Source: Oligoflexia bacterium
Lineage (GTDB): Bacteria; Bdellovibrionota; UBA1018
DNA length: 21,589 bases
Direction of reading: 5' to 3'
NCBI GenBank assembly: GCA_903898645.1
Contig: CAIUGE010000018.1
Span: 1-21,589 of the forward strand
Below are positions 17,821 to 21,589 of the stretch, one piece after another (within the stretch, counting starts at the first letter, position 1; every line of letters starts with the position of its first letter). Under the pieces are notes generated by a model. It searched no databases, had not been told where the DNA came from, and saw nothing but the letters and a program-made list of their open reading frames with translations. Both the position numbers and the translations under genes were made by a program.

Positions 17821-18321
17821 AATTTATAGCAAATATTGGCTTGTTGCGTTTGCCATTTGAAGACAGGCTCCATCAAGGTGTTATGTCGGCTTCGGCGCGG
17901 TCTATAGTAGTTGTGGGATGGGCCTGCTGTGAGTGCGTGGTAGCTCCATACACAGCAACCATGCCTATTGATCGTAAAACGTCTTAAGTCCCCGTCTGGA
18001 GTTCTGAGGCTAACTTGTTAAAAAAGGAAGACAAAATTCGAAAGATATGAACTTTTTGAGTATTTTTGTTCAAAATCGCGACGACAAAGAATTTTTACGA
18101 GTTAACTCGACGAGTCATTCCTGAATGTGACCCTCCCAGAGCGAATGACGCACTCTCATAGAGAATCGCTGCTAAAAAAGCGATCTCATTGCTCATAAAC
18201 ATTTTTTGTGGTAGAGCTCCTCGCATGAAGCATCTGAAGGGGAGGGGGGAAGTTTTTTGTTTATGAATGTTTCGTGAAAAAAGGAGTCTGCTGGTTTGAG
18301 ATGCTTTTTGAAAGGCAAAAT

Positions 18322-18927
18322 ATGCAGCTACTTAAAGGTCTTGTTCTGTGGAGTTGTATTGGTAATTATGCATTCGCCGTTTGTGAACACGAGAGAAGTG
18401 AGTACAAGGAATTTTATGATCTCCATGAGAAATTGTGCGCTGCATCTCAGGTTTGTAATATAGCAGGGAACGCGCTGGGAATTGGCTTTGCGATTCCCAC
18501 ATTCGGTCTGAGTTTTGTCCTTGGGGGTTTGGTGGGAGGCGTCCCTGGGTTAGCAGTTCACAATGCGCGCCGGATCAGAGATGAAAAAAAAGTAAATCTT
18601 GATCGTTGTGAAGCCCTTGCTGAGCAGGAGCGACAAGCGCGTCAGAATCAATTACAGCTTGATCTAGCTGCACAACAGCAGAGAGAAGTGCGGGTAGATA
18701 CTGTGCAAAAAAAATACGATCAGCAAATGATTCAAGCCGGAACTCAGTACCGAGATGCAGTTCAGCCTCTGATTCAGGGAATGGTAGATGAGGGCATCGA
18801 TACAACATTGCCTGAAGCGATTGAGGTTATTGCAGGGGCGAAAAATGATCTCACGACTGCCCTTAATCGTCAATTAGAGGAAATCAATAGTCATCGTCGT
18901 AGCGAGTTAGACCAGGCATCATTATGA
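18322..18927 (+). CDS. Membrane-anchored coiled-coil protein. It has an N-terminal signal-peptide-like segment, a ~42-aa bilobed hydrophobic domain (Inc-like) and a Gln/Glu/Arg-rich coiled coil.
   Basis: Preferred start ATG at 18322 (MQLLKGLVLWSCIGNYAFA…); the track's GTG at 18274 and the ATG at 18301 are alternatives. Hydrophobic block CAASQVCNIAGNALGIGFAIPTFGLSFVLGGLVGGVPGLAV (~18436-18560). Coiled coil EQERQARQNQLQLDLAAQQQREVRVDTVQKKYDQQ. The stop overlaps the next start as ATGA. Confidence 0.5.
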   Translation: MQLLKGLVLWSCIGNYAFAVCEHERSEYKEFYDLHEKLCAASQVCNIAGNALGIGFAIPTFGLSFVLGGLVGGVPGLAVHNARRIRDEKKVNLDRCEALAEQERQARQNQLQLDLAAQQQREVRVDTVQKKYDQQMIQAGTQYRDAVQPLIQGMVDEGIDTTLPEAIEVIAGAKNDLTTALNRQLEEINSHRRSELDQASL

Positions 18928-20663
18928 GTTTTGCAAAAGGTCTTATGCTTGCTCTCGTGGTGGCTCATGGCACCTGTGCTGCTGGAAATGAGGACCGTCC
19001 GCCTGTTGGGTGGTTGGAGGCGAGCATAGGTGGGCCATCAGCGCCCTCTGCTTCTTTTCAGAGTTTGGGTAATAGTGACATTAGTGCACTCTTTGGCGTC
19101 GGGCCGGATATAGCCGGCCCGCTCTTGCGTCATAGCCAAAACGCTGTTGCACGTGCAGAGAATAGTGAGCGGCAGATTCAACAGAGCATTGATGAGAGCG
19201 CTCGGCGTACAGAAGACAGGGGGCGTAGCGTAGCTGCACTGACTGATGAGATGCAAGGTCTCATCAGTCAATCAGTTGAGGATATGTTGCAAGCAAGAAG
19301 ACTGAACCGGGCAGTGGTTGATTTGAGTCAGGCGCCTTTTGTTGCAGAAGCAGATCTGCCTTACCAATTCCATTCGCCAGCCGGAGAATTTCATGAAGAA
19401 GTAGTTCAGCTTTATAGGGATTTTTATCAGATTGAGCCTCGATTTGGTAAGCAACAAAAAGCAAAAGAGATAGGGCTGATAGCAGTTGAAGAGGCTGATC
19501 ATGAATTTTTTCTAGGTGACAGAGCAAGTGCTGAGGCTTTTAAGGAGCTCAGCATAGGTTTGCTCGATGTGGCGGTTGGACTTGATCCTGTGACTGGGTT
19601 TGGCCGATCTGCCTATGAGCTTTTGTATGGAATAAATTTGATCACAGGTGCAAAGCTTGGTACCCTTGAGCGCAGTCTCGCATTTGTAGGGGTTGCGACA
19701 GCGGGTGGTTCGAAATCCATCACCCAGACCAGTAAGGTCATGTGGCGCATTTTTGAGCGCACAGGTCACCTTCTGCAAGATCGTCATGCAGTCCAGATAG
19801 CGATACAAGCAGGAGAGCGTCTCGTTGAGCGTGCGGGTCACTTGCTTGGCGCATGGCGAAGAAATTACAAGATAACGGCCATAGAGGATGCGGTTGCGGG
19901 GAATGCATTATTTCCTCACTCTCCGCCACCATTTCAGCCTGATACGCAGGTTGTGTTTTTCGAAACAGTGAAAGACAAGGTAGCAGCTGTCATGGGCACC
20001 GCTGCTGATGGAACCACAGGTACTTTTGCGCTGGACATTTTAACAGCAGGAAGAGTTGCGGTTGGTCCAGTAGCTGACGCCGGGTCTGCGGCTGATTATG
20101 TATTCCATAAAACTGAGGAACCTTTGACTATTGATGCTACTGCTGCATTTCAGCCTGATACTGGTGTTGGCACCTTGGGTCAGCCTGCGTTGGACCAGAA
20201 AGCGAAGGAGCTTCAGCAGGACCCTGGGTATCAGGCTTCTGGTGCTGGTATAGGCATGGGTACGACAGGAGATGCTCCGGTTGGTTCAGCGGCGGACGTC
20301 GGTTCTACTGCTGGACACGTGCTTCGTAAAGTGCCGGAACCAGTAGCTACGGATTCTGCTGGGCAGGCGGATGCAGTTAAGCCAACCTTTGAGCCTAACC
20401 CGAAGCACGGAGCAGGTCAGAAAGGCAGAGCAAACCCTGCACCTACTAATCCGCAAGAGACACTTGATAACTCAGTGAGAGTATCCGAAAATTCCTCGAG
20501 AAAAGTTGGGGCCGATAAGGCTACTGGGGAGTTTGACGTTTTTGATGAGCACGCGGCTGGGAAGTTCCACGGACATTCTAGGGTCTGGGAAGAGTTAACG
20601 GAAGCGATGAAGTCAGCGTTAATAAAAGAAAAAATCACTAACCATAAAGGCAAGATTCTATGA
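18924..20663 (+). CDS. Large secreted hypothetical protein (579 aa). It has a Sec-type signal peptide, an RHS-like DPxTG motif, Gly/Ala/Thr-rich internally repetitive region and a His-rich C-terminal ~85-aa module. Candidate toxin or effector.
   Basis: N-terminus MSFAKGLMLALVVAHGTCAAG. LDPVTGFGRS (DPVTGFGR at 19584-19607) resembles the DPxTGRF motif of RHS/polymorphic-toxin cores. Internal 16-nt direct repeat CATTTCAGCCTGATAC at about 19930-19945 and 20146-20161 (both encode FQPDT). C-terminal module from about 20403: KHGAGQKGRA…GEFDVFDEHAAGKFHGHSRVWEEL. ATGA overlaps on both sides. Confidence 0.55.
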   Translation: MSFAKGLMLALVVAHGTCAAGNEDRPPVGWLEASIGGPSAPSASFQSLGNSDISALFGVGPDIAGPLLRHSQNAVARAENSERQIQQSIDESARRTEDRGRSVAALTDEMQGLISQSVEDMLQARRLNRAVVDLSQAPFVAEADLPYQFHSPAGEFHEEVVQLYRDFYQIEPRFGKQQKAKEIGLIAVEEADHEFFLGDRASAEAFKELSIGLLDVAVGLDPVTGFGRSAYELLYGINLITGAKLGTLERSLAFVGVATAGGSKSITQTSKVMWRIFERTGHLLQDRHAVQIAIQAGERLVERAGHLLGAWRRNYKITAIEDAVAGNALFPHSPPPFQPDTQVVFFETVKDKVAAVMGTAADGTTGTFALDILTAGRVAVGPVADAGSAADYVFHKTEEPLTIDATAAFQPDTGVGTLGQPALDQKAKELQQDPGYQASGAGIGMGTTGDAPVGSAADVGSTAGHVLRKVPEPVATDSAGQADAVKPTFEPNPKHGAGQKGRANPAPTNPQETLDNSVRVSENSSRKVGADKATGEFDVFDEHAAGKFHGHSRVWEELTEAMKSALIKEKITNHKGKIL

Positions 20664-21004
20664 GTAACCAGTATGAAAAGCCTGGCGTCCTTTCCAAAGA
20701 AGAGACTCTCAGTATCCTGAATGGTAATAATACAGTGGAACAAAAGGTACATGCTCTTGTTGGATCAGTTAATGCCATTGAGGACCATGCGTGGTTGCAA
20801 GAGCTATGTTTGAGCTATGTAAACCACAAAGATAAGTGGATAGCAGGAGCAGCGATAAACGGATTGGGAGACATAGCTAGGATCTTTGGTCAGCTTGACT
20901 TGAAGCTAGTGTTGGACAAGCTTAATACCACTAAGTCAGAACGAAAAGACCTAGCAGGTAAGATCGAAGATGCCATAGATGATATTAAAACTTTCGTAAA
21001 GTAG
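20660..21004 (+). CDS. Small soluble hypothetical protein (114 aa), translationally coupled to the preceding large protein. Candidate immunity or chaperone partner.
   Basis: Its ATG overlaps the upstream stop (ATGA). No TM segment or signal peptide, mildly acidic, no recognisable motif. Confidence 0.45.
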   Translation: MSNQYEKPGVLSKEETLSILNGNNTVEQKVHALVGSVNAIEDHAWLQELCLSYVNHKDKWIAGAAINGLGDIARIFGQLDLKLVLDKLNTTKSERKDLAGKIEDAIDDIKTFVK

Positions 21005-21444
21005 GTATGCTCTATGGGTTTTGATTTTTGGTTCAGTCCTTGTAAGGTCTAACTTTCTCCGTATGTTCCGCAGTAAAATGCCCGTATGAGAGCATGAGGA
21101 CGTTCTCGTTTTTGGCGTGCTTTGCACGAACCCATGCATCAGCGAACGTACATCCTCTTGCCAGTGTCGCTGGCCACTGGAGATGGCAAGCAAGCTAAGA
21201 CTGGTCGTCAATGACATATGTCGCAGTCCAGATTTACCTGGAAGCGTGATGGAAGTCCAAGTGACAGAGTCTTCTCGAATATTCGACTTCGAAAGACCAC
21301 ACCTCATGGCTTTGGATTCGCGCCTCTGCTGCAAGCCGTCCAGGTTCAAGCGGTGAGCGCACTCTAGGCTTTTTTTAAGCCTTGGATTTTTACATAACGC
21401 AAAATCGTTATGTAGGAAGGTAGAGTTCCATAACTCGGATTATT

Positions 21445-21550
21445 TTAAGGGAGCATGTCCCATTTTTAGTTGATGCTAAGTTTTATAGTAGCTCCCACAT
21501 CCATATTCATGCGGCCAAAGAGACCCATTCCTGATTCTGTCTTTCTCTCT
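21445..21550 (-). repeat. Copy B (inverted) of the ~100-nt repeat with mini-ORF 21466-21528 (MGLFGRMNMDVGATIKLSIN).
   Basis: The reverse complement of 21466-21528 reads ATGGGTCTCTTTGGCCGCATGAATATGGATGTGGGAGCTACTATAAAACTTAGCATCAACTAA. That is 51 of 63 nt identical to copy A, with a matching upstream AGAATCAG block and downstream AAAWGGGAC. Confidence 0.6.
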
Positions 21551-21589
21551 CCAGCTCGATATTTTCGATCACCTCTTTGATTTGTCGGA

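Noticed and set aside
17835-17860. Possible sigma-54 (-24/-12) element TGGCTTGTTGCGTTTGC upstream of the three-gene cassette.
   Set aside because: The GG-to-GC spacing is 12 nt rather than 10, so it does not fit the consensus.
20951-21356. 132-aa minus-strand ORF (TTG start) and 79-aa plus-strand ORF in the 3' tail region.
   Set aside because: There is no ATG or RBS. Both are Ser/Thr/Arg-rich and low-complexity, and they overlap the end of the 114-aa gene. The region is treated as non-coding. Its distance from repeat copy B does mirror the spacing between copy A and the 530-aa gene, so a real gene here is not fully excluded.
1-21589. A CRISPR array, an IS element or transposase, a rRNA gene, or a toxin-antitoxin pair of known type.
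   Set aside because: No regularly spaced direct repeats, no transposase-like ORFs (DDE or HUH motifs) and no rRNA-like conserved blocks were seen on reading both strands. The only tRNA found is tRNA-Leu.

Overview
This is a gene-dense bacterial segment with a housekeeping backbone and a run of accessory, unassigned genes.

Backbone genes:
- livHMGF branched-chain amino-acid ABC transporter operon, on the minus strand.
- An 85-nt class II tRNA-Leu(GAG) with an encoded CCA.
- An intact XerC/XerD-type tyrosine recombinase and a second, degenerate Xer-like paralogue.
- An AmpG-like MFS permease, a flotillin/SPFH protein, DNA-3-methyladenine glycosylase I (Tag), a BtpA-family protein and a SEC-C-motif protein.
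- A PMT/ArnT-like GT-C glycosyltransferase and a DUF2079-like polytopic membrane protein.

Accessory genes and unusual structure:
- A Hanks-type (eukaryotic-like) protein-kinase-domain protein whose stop codon lies 8 nt from the 3' end of the tRNA-Leu, next to a Gly/Ser-rich ORF carrying a phage-tail-fibre-like motif.
- Several lineage-specific hypothetical proteins, including an LRR-containing secreted protein and a 530-aa protein with an AT-rich segment and a charged linker.
- A three-gene translationally coupled cassette at 18.3-21.0 kb. It comprises a signal-peptide/bilobed-hydrophobic coiled-coil protein, a 579-aa secreted protein with an RHS-like DPxTG motif, Gly/Ala/Thr-rich internal repeats and a His-rich C-terminal module, and a 114-aa soluble protein.
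- A pair of inverted ~100-nt repeats, each carrying a conserved 20-codon mini-ORF (MGLFGRM...N), bracketing the 7.5-kb segment 13.9-21.4 kb that holds most of the uncharacterised genes. I consider this the most novel structural observation.

Gene content (kinase-like protein, Inc-like architecture, ATGA-overlap operons) is compatible with a host-associated or intracellular lineage such as Chlamydiae/PVC. This is inference only. All functional calls come from motif recognition by eye, and no database search was run.
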